Origin: an uncultured bacterium
GTDB lineage: Bacteria > Verrucomicrobiota > Verrucomicrobiia > Limisphaerales > UBA8199
Assembly (NCBI GenBank): GCA_963749495.1
Contig: CAVVMW010000006.1
Span: 96,001-160,000 of the forward strand
Direction of reading: 5' to 3'
DNA length: 64,000 nt
This document shows positions 1-10,675 of the stretch, piece by piece. Under the pieces are notes generated by a model. It had not been told where the DNA came from, searched no databases, and was given only the letters and a program-made list of their open reading frames with translations. Made by a program: the position numbers and the translations under genes. How positions within the stretch are numbered: position 1 is the stretch's first letter; the number at the start of each line of letters is the position of its first letter.

Positions 1-730
1 CTGAACGGGTCCAGCCCTTCTATTCGAGCCTTTCCTTTGCCGCATTCCACTGCAGAATCAAGTCGCTGTGCAGGGCGTATCTCCGCAAAAATGCGCCCTA
101 AATATTTGGCGGGCCTGCACGCTGGGCCTGCGTGTTGGTTGCACATATGCCCGAATCACTGGCAATCCGAGCCGAGGCCCTCGAGCCGCTTTTCGCGGCG
201 TGGGAAGATCCGAACAAATACCGCGTCCGCGCCTAGGGCTAAAGGCCTGTCGGCATACTCGGGCCAGGGCGCGGGGGGAACGGCGGGGACTCGAAAAAGG
301 CGCCGCCCGGCGAGCGGGACTACACTCTAAAGGCAACTGATGGCTTTAGAGTGGAGAGTTGCGGTGGCTGTGGCCAGTGCCGTCGCGTCTCGGGGACACG
401 GCGGGGGCGGGAAACCCTGGTGGCGCGGATAAAAATGAGCAACGCGCCGATTTGGGCATTGTTAAGAGGCCTGGCGCGTATTGTTGGTGTGAGTATCGGC
501 AGCTTTCGGGTGGAGGTCAAGCGGCGAGACCGAGATTTTCGGTATTCTTCGGCCTGGCGGACTGGAGAGGATTTGTCTTTGCAGGCGCGATGTATGACCG
601 TAGTTAATCGTAATATCCATTTGTTTTTTATCCGGAGAGGAACGGATGCGCTATGTGGGTGACGCTGAGGGCGGCAGTTGGCCAAGGTCAACACAGGTTT
701 TCATGTCTTTTCGCGGGATTTGGCGAGATC

Positions 731-3700
731 TCACCGCGGTTTCCTGGTGGCCTGCCAGAGGCGGTTCAAGCCTTCGACCCAGGTGACCAGGGCGGCCTTG
801 GCCTGGGCGGGGTCGGTCAGGGGCGTTTCCTGGTGGGCAACCTTGGTGTTGCGAAACTCGTTGATGGCCGTGATCCGGTCCAGCAGGTCCCGGCCCCCAG
901 CGAAGCGGAGTTCGGCTTTGACCGCCTCGAAGACGCCAGTCAGCTTGGTGTTGTCATTCAGGGCGTAGTCGAGGGCGCTTCGCAACAAGCCGAGCGGCGA
1001 GAGGCCGTTTTTGTAAACGAGGGTTTTTCTGAGGTTGCGGGCCACTTCTTCGTAGTGGCGGACCATGCGGTTGTCCACGGCGGCCAGGTACGGCTCGAAC
1101 CAGGTCTTTTGGTCGGGGGCGTCCGTCGGCATTCGGGGGGTCAACTTTTGAATGAGCAGGCCTTTCGCTGACTCGTCAATGACGCCAAGCAGGGCGGTGA
1201 ACACCGGGGCGTAATTGACTCCCGGTTTCTTTTCAAAGAAGCGGTAGAGTGAGACGGATTCCTCGGCGGCTTTGCGGAGCCGCTCGGGCAGGGCCGCGAG
1301 CATTTTTTCGTCAACGAGTCCCTGGGCTTCCTGGGCTTTGCTTTCGAGAATACCGATGCCGGCAAAAAGCGGGAGTTCCTCGGCGAACTTCTGTTCGTTG
1401 ATGAGGTCGTGCAAGGATGGCGCGCACATGCGGGCCAGGTCGGAAAAGAGAGCGCCTTGAAATCGCTGGAAGACGCCTTCGGGCACGTAAACGTATTCCC
1501 ATTTCTTTTGCTTGGTGGAGGCGGCCTTGCACCATTCGACGGCGGCGCGGGCTTTGGCTGCGGTTTCCTTGTCCACCTGGCCCTTGGTTTCGACAAGATA
1601 ATGCGTGCCGGTGGTGGTGCGGACGAAAAAGTCCGGCAGGTAGAAGGCCAAGCGGATGCCCTGAGCGAGATAATCAATCCGGAGCGACTGGGGGCCGGCG
1701 TTCTTGGCGAACGCCGTGACGTCGGCGGCGCGGTTGCACTGCTCGACGAAGGCGGTTTCGAGCGAGCGGTTGCAGGGGATGAGGTTGAAGACGGTGCGCG
1801 GGGACTGATGGACCGGGCGGCGTTCGCTGACGGTGACTTGGAATGGTTTCCAGGTGGAGAGCGGCACGGGCGGAGCTTCGGGCGTGCGGACCTGGGTTTG
1901 GATGACTTTGCGACGAATAAGCGGGACGAACACGGCACGGACGTGCTCCCGCACGTCGCTGTCGGAAAGGCGTTTTACCAGCCGCGTGTCGAAGACGGAA
2001 ACCTGCGTGCCGAAAAGGAGTTCCTCGAAGAACTTTTGCAGGAGCGGCGCGAGGACCTGGTGAGTGTTCTTCACCTTGCAAACGTACTCGAGTTCCTGAA
2101 CGTAGAACGAAATTGCGCCGATGCCGGATTCGAGCAGGGCGAGGCTGACCTTCATGTGTTCGACGACTTCGCCGGTGATGAGGTGCCGGCCTTGGTACTG
2201 GACTTCATCCGGGCCGCGGTCGCCGATGGGCAGGGCTTTGTAGGGGGCGAAGGCTTCGCGCATTTCGGCCTCGGAAATGGGGCCAAGGACAGGGAGGGTT
2301 TGGTTGGCCGAGGTCAAACGCGGGAGCGCGATGTCCAGCGCCTTCGCGTCCTTCTCCTCCAGGTCGGGGAAAATTGAGACCGTGGTGGTGGGGACTTTAT
2401 GGACATCAACAATCTCGATGGGCAAACCTTCCTGCGCGAGCTCGTCGTGATAGAGCCGGGCGAAAGCCTCGTGCTCAACCACAGCGACAATTTCATTTGC
2501 CTGACCCGGCGGCGTCATGCGGCGGAGTCCGCGTCCGAGGGTTTGCTCGGGCAGGATATTGGCTTTGGAGCTGTAAGGCCGGAGGGGGACGATGGTGGTG
2601 ACGTTCCGAACGTCCCAGCCTTCGCGGAGCATGAGCACGGAGACGATGCAGAAAAAGGGGCTGGTGCCGGAGTCGAGTTCGCGGCTCAGTCTGCGGAGAG
2701 CCTTGAGGTCTTCGTCACTGATCTCCTTTTCGCTTTCGACAAATTCCGTGCGCGCGTCGGCGCCCTTGCCAATCTTCTTAAGTTTGCCTTTAAGGTTGGT
2801 GTGGAGGTTGATCGTGCGGCCGTTCAACTCCTTGAAAACCGGGTCGCCATTGAGGCGCCCGGCGATTTCGTCGGCGGCCTTGGTGTCCTCGCACATGACA
2901 AAGATGAGGGGTTTCTTGCCGCTCTTGAGCCATTCGTCGCGGCTTTTGAGCCAGCGCTCATAGCCGAGTTTGAGGTGCATTTCCCATCGGTAACCCGCGT
3001 TGTCGGTGGCCTGTTCGTTGAGCCGGCCGGCGCGACCGATGATTGGTGTTTTGATGATGCCGGCGTCCACGGCCTCGCCCAGGGGCGTATCGCAGACGAT
3101 GTGCTTGAAATAGTTGGCCTTGTTGTCCTTCGGGGTGGCACTGAAATCAAGCTGGGCAAGGAGGCCGCCGCCGGTGCGCTTCTGGATAGTTTCGTGGAGG
3201 AATTTGATGGCCTCGTTCCAGGCCGAATCGGGGTCCCAAACGTGGTGGGCTTCGTCGTTCATCACCATGACACGCTGGTGGCTGGTGATGCGGTCGCGCA
3301 GCGCCGCGGCGGTATCGAGCGCGGTCGCTTTCGAGACGGCGGGCCCCATCCAGTCGAACGCGTCCCCTGAGTCGCGCTTGCGGGTGTTGTCGAAAAGTCG
3401 GTGGATGTTGGTCAGGTACAGCGTGCCACCGGTGCTGGCGCCGCTGGCTTCGTCCTGGAGGACCGTGGTCAGGTTCCAATCGCCGCGCCATTCTACGGGA
3501 ATGAGCGGGTCGCGCTCGAAAATGTCCGGGCCGCCGCCCTCGGGTTTGAAATCTTCCTTGAGCCGTTCGAACACCGTGAGATTGGGGGCGATGATGACAA
3601 AGTGCTTTGCCATCGGCGAATCGCTTTCGCGCAGCGCGTGGAAGTAGCTCCAGACGATGGCCAGGCTCATGACTTTGGTCTTGCCCGAGCCGGTGGCCAT

Positions 3701-4153
3701 CTTGAACGCGTAGCGGCTCCAGGCGTCTTCTTCATCGGTGACGCCGAGCGCGGCAGTTTCGGCATAGGCGCCGCCAAACTCGGCGATGAGTTGGGAAAGA
3801 GATTCGAGTTTTCGGACTTCCTTGAGGTAGATGAGGGTTTCGATGGCTTCGCGCTGGCAGAAGTAATAGCGGAACTCCTGGGGCGGATCGCTGCCGGCGA
3901 TCGTGTGGGTACGGCCAAACCAGTGGTTGAGCAGGTGGCGGCTGGTGTCGCTTGCGCCAAAGTAGAAGCCTTCGCGCCATTCTTTGACCATGGCGCGGAG
4001 ATTCTGAGCGATGGCGATGCCGGTTGGCCGGCGGCCGTTGCGCTCGACGGCGCCCTCGCCGCTGTCGGCGCGGACGCGGTGTTTGTTGGGTTCCTCCCAG
4101 GAGGCGAAAAGGGGCTCGAGGGCTTCGGCTCGGATGGTCAAGGGTTCGGGCAT
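731..4153 (-). CDS. res: Type III restriction enzyme Res subunit (SF2 helicase + nuclease) with C-terminal extension
   Basis: 1140 aa; Walker A 'KMATGSGKT', 'NDEAHH', 'DFSATP', 'LREGWDV', nuclease 'PDFFVR...LVETKG'; downstream of a Mod-type methylase. Confidence 0.9.
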   Translation of the reverse strand: MPEPLTIRAEALEPLFASWEEPNKHRVRADSGEGAVERNGRRPTGIAIAQNLRAMVKEWREGFYFGASDTSRHLLNHWFGRTHTIAGSDPPQEFRYYFCQREAIETLIYLKEVRKLESLSQLIAEFGGAYAETAALGVTDEEDAWSRYAFKMATGSGKTKVMSLAIVWSYFHALRESDSPMAKHFVIIAPNLTVFERLKEDFKPEGGGPDIFERDPLIPVEWRGDWNLTTVLQDEASGASTGGTLYLTNIHRLFDNTRKRDSGDAFDWMGPAVSKATALDTAAALRDRITSHQRVMVMNDEAHHVWDPDSAWNEAIKFLHETIQKRTGGGLLAQLDFSATPKDNKANYFKHIVCDTPLGEAVDAGIIKTPIIGRAGRLNEQATDNAGYRWEMHLKLGYERWLKSRDEWLKSGKKPLIFVMCEDTKAADEIAGRLNGDPVFKELNGRTINLHTNLKGKLKKIGKGADARTEFVESEKEISDEDLKALRRLSRELDSGTSPFFCIVSVLMLREGWDVRNVTTIVPLRPYSSKANILPEQTLGRGLRRMTPPGQANEIVAVVEHEAFARLYHDELAQEGLPIEIVDVHKVPTTTVSIFPDLEEKDAKALDIALPRLTSANQTLPVLGPISEAEMREAFAPYKALPIGDRGPDEVQYQGRHLITGEVVEHMKVSLALLESGIGAISFYVQELEYVCKVKNTHQVLAPLLQKFFEELLFGTQVSVFDTRLVKRLSDSDVREHVRAVFVPLIRRKVIQTQVRTPEAPPVPLSTWKPFQVTVSERRPVHQSPRTVFNLIPCNRSLETAFVEQCNRAADVTAFAKNAGPQSLRIDYLAQGIRLAFYLPDFFVRTTTGTHYLVETKGQVDKETAAKARAAVEWCKAASTKQKKWEYVYVPEGVFQRFQGALFSDLARMCAPSLHDLINEQKFAEELPLFAGIGILESKAQEAQGLVDEKMLAALPERLRKAAEESVSLYRFFEKKPGVNYAPVFTALLGVIDESAKGLLIQKLTPRMPTDAPDQKTWFEPYLAAVDNRMVRHYEEVARNLRKTLVYKNGLSPLGLLRSALDYALNDNTKLTGVFEAVKAELRFAGGRDLLDRITAINEFRNTKVAHQETPLTDPAQAKAALVTWVEGLNRLWQATRKPR

Positions 4154-4155
4154 AG

Positions 4156-4266
4156 TCAGCCTTCGGAAATGACGGTGAGCCCAGGGACATTTTCGAAATG
4201 TTTGCGGTTGTGGGTAACGAGCGGCGAAGAGACTATGTTGGTGTCAACGAGCATCGCTGGGGTCAT
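4156..4266 (-). pseudogene. Internally deleted PIN/VapC toxin remnant (36 aa)
   Basis: MTPAMLVDTNIVS|SPLVTHNRKHFENVPGLTVISEG: PIN N-terminal 'LVDTN' fused directly to C-terminal 'LVTHNxKHF..VPGL'; ATGA overlap with the upstream gene. Confidence 0.8.
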
Positions 4267-5231
4267 CTGACGGGGTTCTCCGCATGCCAGCGTTCCAGGG
4301 CCTCGTCAAAGCCCTCCCAATCCTGCGCCTCACTGGGCCCGTAGAGGGATGCGATTTCGGTGACAGGCTCAACGCCCTGGCAACGGGCGTATTCTTCTGC
4401 CGATGGGCTCTCCCAAAAACCGTAGGACCAGGGTGCTTCGTGGGCAGCGGATACGCCCAGCGGTTCGTCAACACGCTCTATGTCGGCAATCTCAAGCCGG
4501 TGCGGTTCACCGCCTGGGGTGTATTCCATGCGGCCGGTGACGCGAACGAATTGGCGGATGCACTCCTCGACCTCCGCACTGAGGTTTTCGGGGAAGTGGC
4601 AGAGGATGGGCTGGCCGATTGAGGGGTGGACACGCAACTGCCTGCCGGTTTCTTTGAAGTCGGCCATTAGCAGTCGGCCCTGAACAGTCTGCTGCTGCGA
4701 CTGGGGCTGGGCGATGCGCTGGCGCACGCGATCCTGCCCGGGCAGGTTGTAGCTGGCTTTTATCGGGCTGGGCCGGTGGTTCAGCGTGAACTCCACCCGC
4801 GAGACGCCCTTGCTGAAAAGCCGCCCGAAATCTCGGAGCTTCATCAGGACACCCAAATCGAATCCGGGCGGCAGGGCGGCGGTGTCCTGGGAAACCGCCT
4901 CGATTCCCTCCAACAGGGCCTTGTAGGTTGTCTCGCCGAAGTCGGCGTTCTGCATCATGATCTGGCGGTCGCTTCGGTCCAGGAACGCAACGGCGGCGGG
5001 GCTGCCCTCGGTGAAGCCGATGAGGTCAAGCGAGAGCGCTTCGGTGACATCGGTTGGCCGCCGGCCAGGGACGGCACTCGGCGTGTGTTGCATGGCCAGC
5101 GCCACGCGTTTCGCACAGGCGGAAAATTCGCGCGCAGCCTGGATGAAGTCATCCAGTCGCATGCGGCTGGGCTTTACGTCCGGGCCCTCGAAGCGAATCG
5201 TGAGATAAGCACTGGGTCTGTTGCCGTTCAT
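4263..5231 (-). CDS. Hypothetical protein (322 aa) between mod and res, coupled to the PIN remnant
   Basis: Clean ORF with GAAGGAG RBS; stop overlaps the PIN start; acidic, antitoxin-like C-terminus. Confidence 0.75.
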   Translation of the reverse strand: MNGNRPSAYLTIRFEGPDVKPSRMRLDDFIQAAREFSACAKRVALAMQHTPSAVPGRRPTDVTEALSLDLIGFTEGSPAAVAFLDRSDRQIMMQNADFGETTYKALLEGIEAVSQDTAALPPGFDLGVLMKLRDFGRLFSKGVSRVEFTLNHRPSPIKASYNLPGQDRVRQRIAQPQSQQQTVQGRLLMADFKETGRQLRVHPSIGQPILCHFPENLSAEVEECIRQFVRVTGRMEYTPGGEPHRLEIADIERVDEPLGVSAAHEAPWSYGFWESPSAEEYARCQGVEPVTEIASLYGPSEAQDWEGFDEALERWHAENPVR

Positions 5232-5243
5232 AACTTCTCCTTC

Positions 5244-7363
5244 CTACGTATTCACGTCAAGGGCGATGCTGGTGTCACACCCGAAAACGTCAACGACTTT
5301 GACGCAGATGGTGTGTCGGCCATTGACCTCGTACACGTGCCCGGCGTCGCTGACGGTTTTGAGGGAGCGGTCTTTGCGCGTGCGGTAGTCCTGCCAGTGA
5401 TGGTTGAAGGGTTTCCCGGGCTGCCAATCGAAGTCCACGGCCCAGAAATCAATGAAATCGAAGCCGCTCTTGATGGCGCGCTCCTTCAAGGCTTCGAGCT
5501 CCTTTGCGGGCACTTCGGCCAGCGATGGCAGGAACTTTGTGAGCTTCACGTCAACGGATTTCTTGCCGGACTCTTTCCGATGGACCGTGTCCGCCTCCAG
5601 CACGGCCATTTCGAGGAACGGCGGTGGGCTTTTGCGGTTCTTTTCCATGACTTCGCGAGGGATTGGGATGAGCTTCATCTTCACCCCGAGCTCGGCCTCC
5701 AGCGCAAGCGTGAATTGGCGCAATTCCATTTCGAACTCCCAAGCCAGGCAATAAACTTCGCGACCGCTGGCCTGGACAGTGGCCTCGGCAACGGCACGGG
5801 CCTCGTGGCGGGTAAAGACGGAATCAATGCCGTCCACGTGGCAGAAGGCGCCAGCTTTGCGGCCATGCAGGAGGGGGCTCGGCGGGGCGGCGAGAATCTC
5901 GGCCTTGAAGAATTCCAGCACGACGCGGCGATGTTCTTCTTCTGCGCCCTTGAGGCGATCCTTCTGCCACCACTGACGCTCGTAACGGCCGAGGTTGTAA
6001 ACGTCGAAGGCGCGGTACGGTTTGGCGCCGAGGTGAAGCGTGCGCTGTAGCTCGATGAGGCGTTTGCGGCTTGTGTGGATCGCGAATCTTCCGAGATCGG
6101 CCATTATCCATCGCCGGCCCAGCCTTTCTGCCACTACGCCGGTTGTCCCGCTGCCGCAGAAAAAGTCGGCGACCAGGTCACCTTCCTTACTGCTGGCCTT
6201 GATGATGCGCTCAAGGAGGGCCTCTGGCTTCTGGGTTGCGTAATTCAGGCGTTCCAAGCTCTGCGCCTGCACGGGCAGGATGTCGGTCCAAAGGGATTGG
6301 AGCGGTACGCCCGGCATGTCGTCCAGGAATAGCTTCAAACGGGGCATCCTTCCTGGCTCAAACCAAACAATGTCCTGTTTGACAAGACGATCAACGGCCT
6401 GCTGTACCGTTTCTCCGGACTCCAGGCCGACCGCCCAGTGCCTTCCGGGGGGCAGGGAAATTTCATGGCCTTGAATCAGGATTGGCTTTCCCGAGTCGCC
6501 ATGGCGGGTTCCGGCGGCAGTTAGGTCCCGAAGGGCGAACTTCTTTCCGGTCGCGCTATCCGTGCGACTGTAGGACTGCTGGATGTGTTCGGCGTCGTAC
6601 GGGGTGTACTGGAGATTCCAGGTGAAGTTGGGTCCCCTAGTGTAAAAGAAAATGCTCTCATGGATTCGTCCATATTGGGCCAGTGAATCGAAGGACCCGC
6701 CCTTCGCGGTTTGGCGCTTCCAGACGATCTCGTTCTGAAATCTATCTGGGCCGAAAACCTCGTCGAGCAGGAGCTTAACTGCGGACGAGACTTGCCAACC
6801 GAGGTGGACGTAGATGCTACCCGTCTGGCTCAAGAGTTCCTTCATCAGCGTTAGCCGCTCAAAAACCATGGGAAGATAAGAGTCGGACCCTTTCCCCCAC
6901 GTGTCACGATAGGCGACCATTTCGAGCGTGGATTGGTCCTTTTCGATCGTTTCCTTTCCATTCCCGACCGGGACTTCCATCGTGAAATCCGCGCCCACGT
7001 CGAACGGAGGGTCTATGTAAATTAGGTCGATCTTGCCTTTGAACTCCTTGAGGAGGCTGGCCATCACCAGTGTGTTGTCGCCCCAGATGAGCCGGTTGCG
7101 GAAGTCCTTGGTCGTTTTGTATTCGGGGGCGGATTCCTGAATGCGGAGCAGCCGTTGCTCGAACATATCCGTTTGGCCCTGGGCGGCGGCCCGCTGACGG
7201 GCTCGTCCACGGTCTCGATTTTCTGCATCGGCATGGAGCACGCAGCGGCGTCCACTTCGCGGCGGTTGCCGAACTCGTCGTACTTGCCGTCCCAGACGAG
7301 CTCGGTCCGCATTTTCGAGAGCGGGTGGGGGTTGGTTGGCCCCCAATGAAATTCGTTCGCCAT
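5244..7363 (-). CDS. mod: Type III RM DNA methyltransferase Mod (beta class), one frameshift near 7200
   Basis: 'LIYIDPPF' and 'DFFCGSGTT' motifs; true N-terminus MANEFHWG...ELVWDGKYD...ETVDEP is in another frame and rejoins at GAG CCC GT CAG (one C short). Confidence 0.88.
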
Positions 7364-7563
7364 CGTGGTTGAACGTCGCGCAACGATGATAGACCTGGCG
7401 GAGCAGGGTTGGAAGCAAAAGAATGGCGGCAGGATTCTTGTGGTTTGGCGGGTGGTGACCCCCTGCCCGTGGTATGAAATAATCAATGCAGATCCCCAGC
7501 TCTATTTCTTGACGGCTCTTAAAAGCCATTGACACAAGAGGTGGTTTGTGGCGCCCTTCCCTC

Positions 7564-7636
7564 ATGCCGCGCAAGCGGCGAGTCCGGTACCCTGGCGCCA
7601 TTTATCACCTCATGAATCGGGGCGGCCAGCGCGAAG
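7564..7636 (+). pseudogene. N-terminal remnant of a REP-associated tyrosine transposase (RAYT/Y1)
   Basis: [24 protein letters not shown] matches the RAYT start 'MxRxxRxxYPGAxYHxMNRG'; similarity then stops. Confidence 0.7.
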
Positions 7637-7725
7637 GCCGGAAACCGGTCTCTTCCCCTCCTCGGCTTGAGCGGCTCCACCTCGGCTGCCCGGATATAAC
7701 GCCGAAGCGCCTCCGCGCAATCCTC

Positions 7726-7945
7726 CTTCACGCGCCCCCGGACCCACTTCCTCCTCTATAGGAAGCTCGATTTTACCGAACTGATATCGGCTTCCATCGT
7801 GTCAAACAAAAACCGTGCCCGCAAAAATCCCCCGATTTTACCGGCGCTGTAGCGCCTGGTTGGGGGTCGTGTTGCGGGTTCGACCTCAAAAATCCCCCGG
7901 TTCCATGGGGCTTGTAGCACTGTAGCGGGTCCATACCCCTGCGCC
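7726..7945. repeat. Conserved non-coding element, copy 1 (homologue at 53169-53595)
   Basis: Shares GAAGCTCGATTTTACCGA, CGTGTCAAACAA, CCCGCAAAAATCCCCCGATTTTACCGGCGC and TGTAGCACTGTAGC.GGTCCATACCCC with copy 2. Confidence 0.85.
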
Positions 7946-8136
7946 GCGGACCACTCCGGCAGGAGAACGGCTTCGGCGGGGCGCGTCTTGCCTGTACAAC
8001 CGGTCCCGAATGCCGGGGATTGGAGCGCGGACTTCAGTCCGCTTATGGCGGCCGACGGCCGGGCCGGCGCGGGTTTTTTCCGAGGCCGGTCCTCCTCCCG
8101 CGTCTTTGAATCTCGAACACCTTGCCACCTTTATTT

Positions 8137-8366
8137 CTAGCGAGGCGGGGCCTCAGACCGTGGCTTGGGCATCTTGCCCAAGCCCCACGGGCAGGATGCC
8201 CGTGCCACAAACCTGACCTGTCTGCATCACGTTTTGAAACTCAAGGACTCTAGCGAGGCGGGGCCTCAGACCTTGGCTTGGGCATCCTGCCCAAGCCCCA
8301 CGGGCAGGATGCCCGTGCCACAAACTTGATCTGTCTGCACCACGTTTTGAAACTCAAGGACTCTAG
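8137..8366. repeat. Two tandem 113-bp units bounded by CTAG, each with a REP-like palindrome
   Basis: CTAG at 8137, 8250 and 8363; near-identical units containing GGGCATC(T/C)TGCCC...GGGCAGGATGCCC. Confidence 0.9.
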
Positions 8367-8373
8367 ACGGCTC

Positions 8374-8583
8374 CTAAAGCTTTGTCTTGACCCCGCAGGC
8401 GCGCAGGAGGCACCAACCGCGCGCGGCCTCGTAGAGCGCGAATAACCCGGCCAGCATCAACCCCGCGCACAGCCAGCGGTTGGCGCTCCGGAGCGCCAAG
8501 CCCAAACCAATCAACGCAAGGCCCCATAGGGCCCGCGCGACCCGCCCGCGCCAATCAATGTTGCGCGAAAAGAATTTGCTCAT
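8374..8583 (-). CDS. Small membrane protein, DUF2892/YgaP-like
   Basis: MSKFFSRNIDWRGRVAR...EAARGWCLLRACGVKTKL; two hydrophobic segments and a C-terminal GWC motif. Confidence 0.75.
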   Translation of the reverse strand: MSKFFSRNIDWRGRVARALWGLALIGLGLALRSANRWLCAGLMLAGLFALYEAARGWCLLRACGVKTKL

Positions 8584-8618
8584 GGAAGGCCCCCTTTGGC
8601 CTCGGCGAATGCATTCGA

Positions 8619-8767
8619 CCATGAACCGGATAGGGGCTGCGAGGCCGCGAAGCGTTTTGGACTGCGGTCCCGATGCAGTATCGGGACCGCTGTTCGGAAT
8701 CCTGGGGATGCAAAAGCGCCAGAGGACTGGCGCAGTCCAAAACCTTGCGGGCTTCGGTGGTTCATGG
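8619..8767. repeat. Palindromic REP/MITE-like element with CCATGAACC...GGTTCATGG ends (related copy at 40012-40150)
   Basis: Internal TTTTGGACTGC...GCAGTCCAAAA hairpin and AAAAGCGCCAGAGGACTGGCGCAGTCCAAAAC shared with the 40 kb copy. Confidence 0.8.
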
Positions 8768-10150
8768 AAAAACGCACACCGTCTTGATATTGACAAACTC
8801 GCGCAGGCCCAGGACGCCCAGTTCACGGCCGTAGCCGGACTGCTTGACGCCGCCAAAGGGCAGCCGAGGGTCGGAGGCGACCATTGCGTTGACGAAGGCC
8901 AGGCCCGATTCGATGCGCTCGATGAACATCTCGCGTTCGGCTTGGTCGTTGGTCCAGGCGCTGGCCCCCAGCCCGAACCCGGTGTCATTGGCCAACCGGA
9001 TGGCCTCCTCCATGTTTGGCGCGCGGAACAGCGATGCGACCGGTCCGAAGAGTTCCTCCCGGTGCGCGGGCGAGCCCGGCGGGATGTTCTTGAGCACCGT
9101 CGGCGCGAAGAAGAAGCCGGGCCGGTCCAGGCGCTTGCCGCCCAGCAGCACCTGCGCGCCCAGGCCCACCGTCCGGTCCACCTGTTCCGCAAGCGTCTCC
9201 AGCACCTCGGCCGTGGCCAGCGGACCAATGTCGGTGGCCTCGTCCATCGGGTCGCCCACCTTGAGCGCCGCCATGCCCCGGACGAACCGGCGCTCGAACT
9301 CGTCGGCGATGGCCTCGTGTACCGATGAAGCGTTTGGCCGCGATGCAGGATTGCCCGTTGTTGATCGTCCGCGCCTGGACGGCACTGGCCACCGCCCGGT
9401 CCAGGTCCGCGCTGGGCATGACGATGAACGGGTCGCTGCCGCCGAGCTCGAGCACGGTCTTCTTGATCGCCTTGCCGGCCGCAGCGGCCACACTCGAGCC
9501 TGCACCAACGCTGCCGGTGAGTGTGACCGCCCTGATGCGCGGGTCCGCGATGAGGGCGCCGACCCGCTCGGCCCGACCAGCAGCGCCTGAAATGCCCCCT
9601 CGGCAAAACCGGCGCGGCGGAAGACGGCCTCGATCGCCAGCGCGCACTGCGGGACATTCGACGCGTGTTTCAACAGGCCCACGTTCCCGGCCATCAGGCC
9701 GGGCGCCGCGAACCGGAAGACCTGCCAGAATGGAAAGTTCCACGGCATCACCGCCAGCACCGGCCCCAGCGGTTGATAGCGCACGTAACTGCGCGTGGCG
9801 CCCGCCTCGCCCGGTTCGTCCGCCAGGAAGCGGGCCGCGTGCTCGGCGTAATAGCGGCAGGCCAGGGCGCATTTCTCGACCTCCTGGATGGCCGCCCGCA
9901 GCGGTTTGCCCATCTCCAGCGTCATGAGCCGCGCAAATTGGTTCTTCTCCGAGTCCAGGCCCAGTCCCGCCTTGGTCATCAGGCGCGCCCGTTCCTCCAC
10001 GGGCAGGCGGCGGTGCTCCCGGAAGGCCGCGACCGCGCGCTCCAGACGGCGCTCGACCTCCTGCTCCGAATGCGGCTCGAACTCCCGCATCATCTCGCCG
10101 GTCGCCGGGTTGATGCTGGCCAGGCCCTTCAAAGTGCTTTGCGCGCTCAT
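8762..10150 (-). CDS. gabD: NAD(P)-dependent succinate-semialdehyde dehydrogenase (ALDH family), two compensating frameshifts (~9570, ~9320)
   Basis: '[10 protein letters not shown]', 'LKHAS', 'EELFGP', '[13 protein letters not shown]'; central 'TLTGS...LELGGSDP...NGQSC' lies in the 8985..9872 frame. Confidence 0.85.
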   Translation of the reverse strand: MSAQSTLKGLASINPATGEMMREFEPHSEQEVERRLERAVAAFREHRRLPVEERARLMTKAGLGLDSEKNQFARLMTLEMGKPLRAAIQEVEKCALACRYYAEHAARFLADEPGEAGATRSYVRYQPLGPVLAVMPWNFPFWQVFRFAAPGLMAGNVGLLKHASNVPQCALAIEAVFRRAGFAEGAFQALLVGPSGSAPSSRTRASGRSHSPAALVQARVWPLRPARRSRRPCSSSAAATRSSSCPARTWTGRWPVPSRRGRSTTGNPASRPNASSVHEAIADEFERRFVRGMAALKVGDPMDEATDIGPLATAEVLETLAEQVDRTVGLGAQVLLGGKRLDRPGFFFAPTVLKNIPPGSPAHREELFGPVASLFRAPNMEEAIRLANDTGFGLGASAWTNDQAEREMFIERIESGLAFVNAMVASDPRLPFGGVKQSGYGRELGVLGLREFVNIKTVCVFP

Positions 10151-10244
10151 GCTCAATACTTAAACCTGGGAACGCTCGAATTCAATCCCGCCATGGCAGC
10201 CCAGGCAATGCACTACTGCACCGCACTTTGAGTGACTTTCACGA

Positions 10245-10315
10245 CCTTTGTCGCAGCCTTTGTCGAGACCTTTATCGAAACCCGGCCCAGCTCGACAAAG
10301 GCTGCGACAAAGATA
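10245..10315. repeat. Hairpin of 12-bp CTTTGTCG/CGACAAAG tandem units (family copy)
   Basis: CCTTTGTCGCAG-like units facing CGACAAAGGCTG-like units. Confidence 0.85.
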
Positions 10316-10675
10316 CCGACTTCACCCAAAGTCGAGTGGAGTAGGACATTGCTCACGAAGAGGCTCTCATCTCTCCCGCCGGCGCATCCCGGCACTGCGG
10401 CCGAGCGGGGAGGAAACCCACCCCCCTTCCCCCCTCCCATGCGCTCAGAGCGCATGGGAGGGGGAGATTGTACTTTGCCGAGCACCCAGGGCGGCGGCCC
10501 GTCCCGCTTGGAGCGGGACGGGCCTTGCCCTGGGCTATTATCTGCTGCCCCTCCGGGGCAGAAGAGTGCCGCGCTCCGCGCGGTGGAGTCGAACTCGGAC
10601 GCGGAGTCGGGATGCTCCTCGCCGCTCCTCACTCTGCCCTCGACACTCGCCCCTCGACCCTCGACACTCTCCCTG

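Noticed and set aside
1..730. Short ORFs and a 10-bp hairpin (323-353) at the window start
   Set aside because: No recognisable protein motifs or RNA structure; insufficient support
7190..7210. Phase variation of the type III mod gene
   Set aside because: The frameshift is in a 3-C run, not a long simple-sequence repeat, and similar indels occur throughout the window
8137..8366. CRISPR array
   Set aside because: Two nearly identical units without unique spacers; no cas genes
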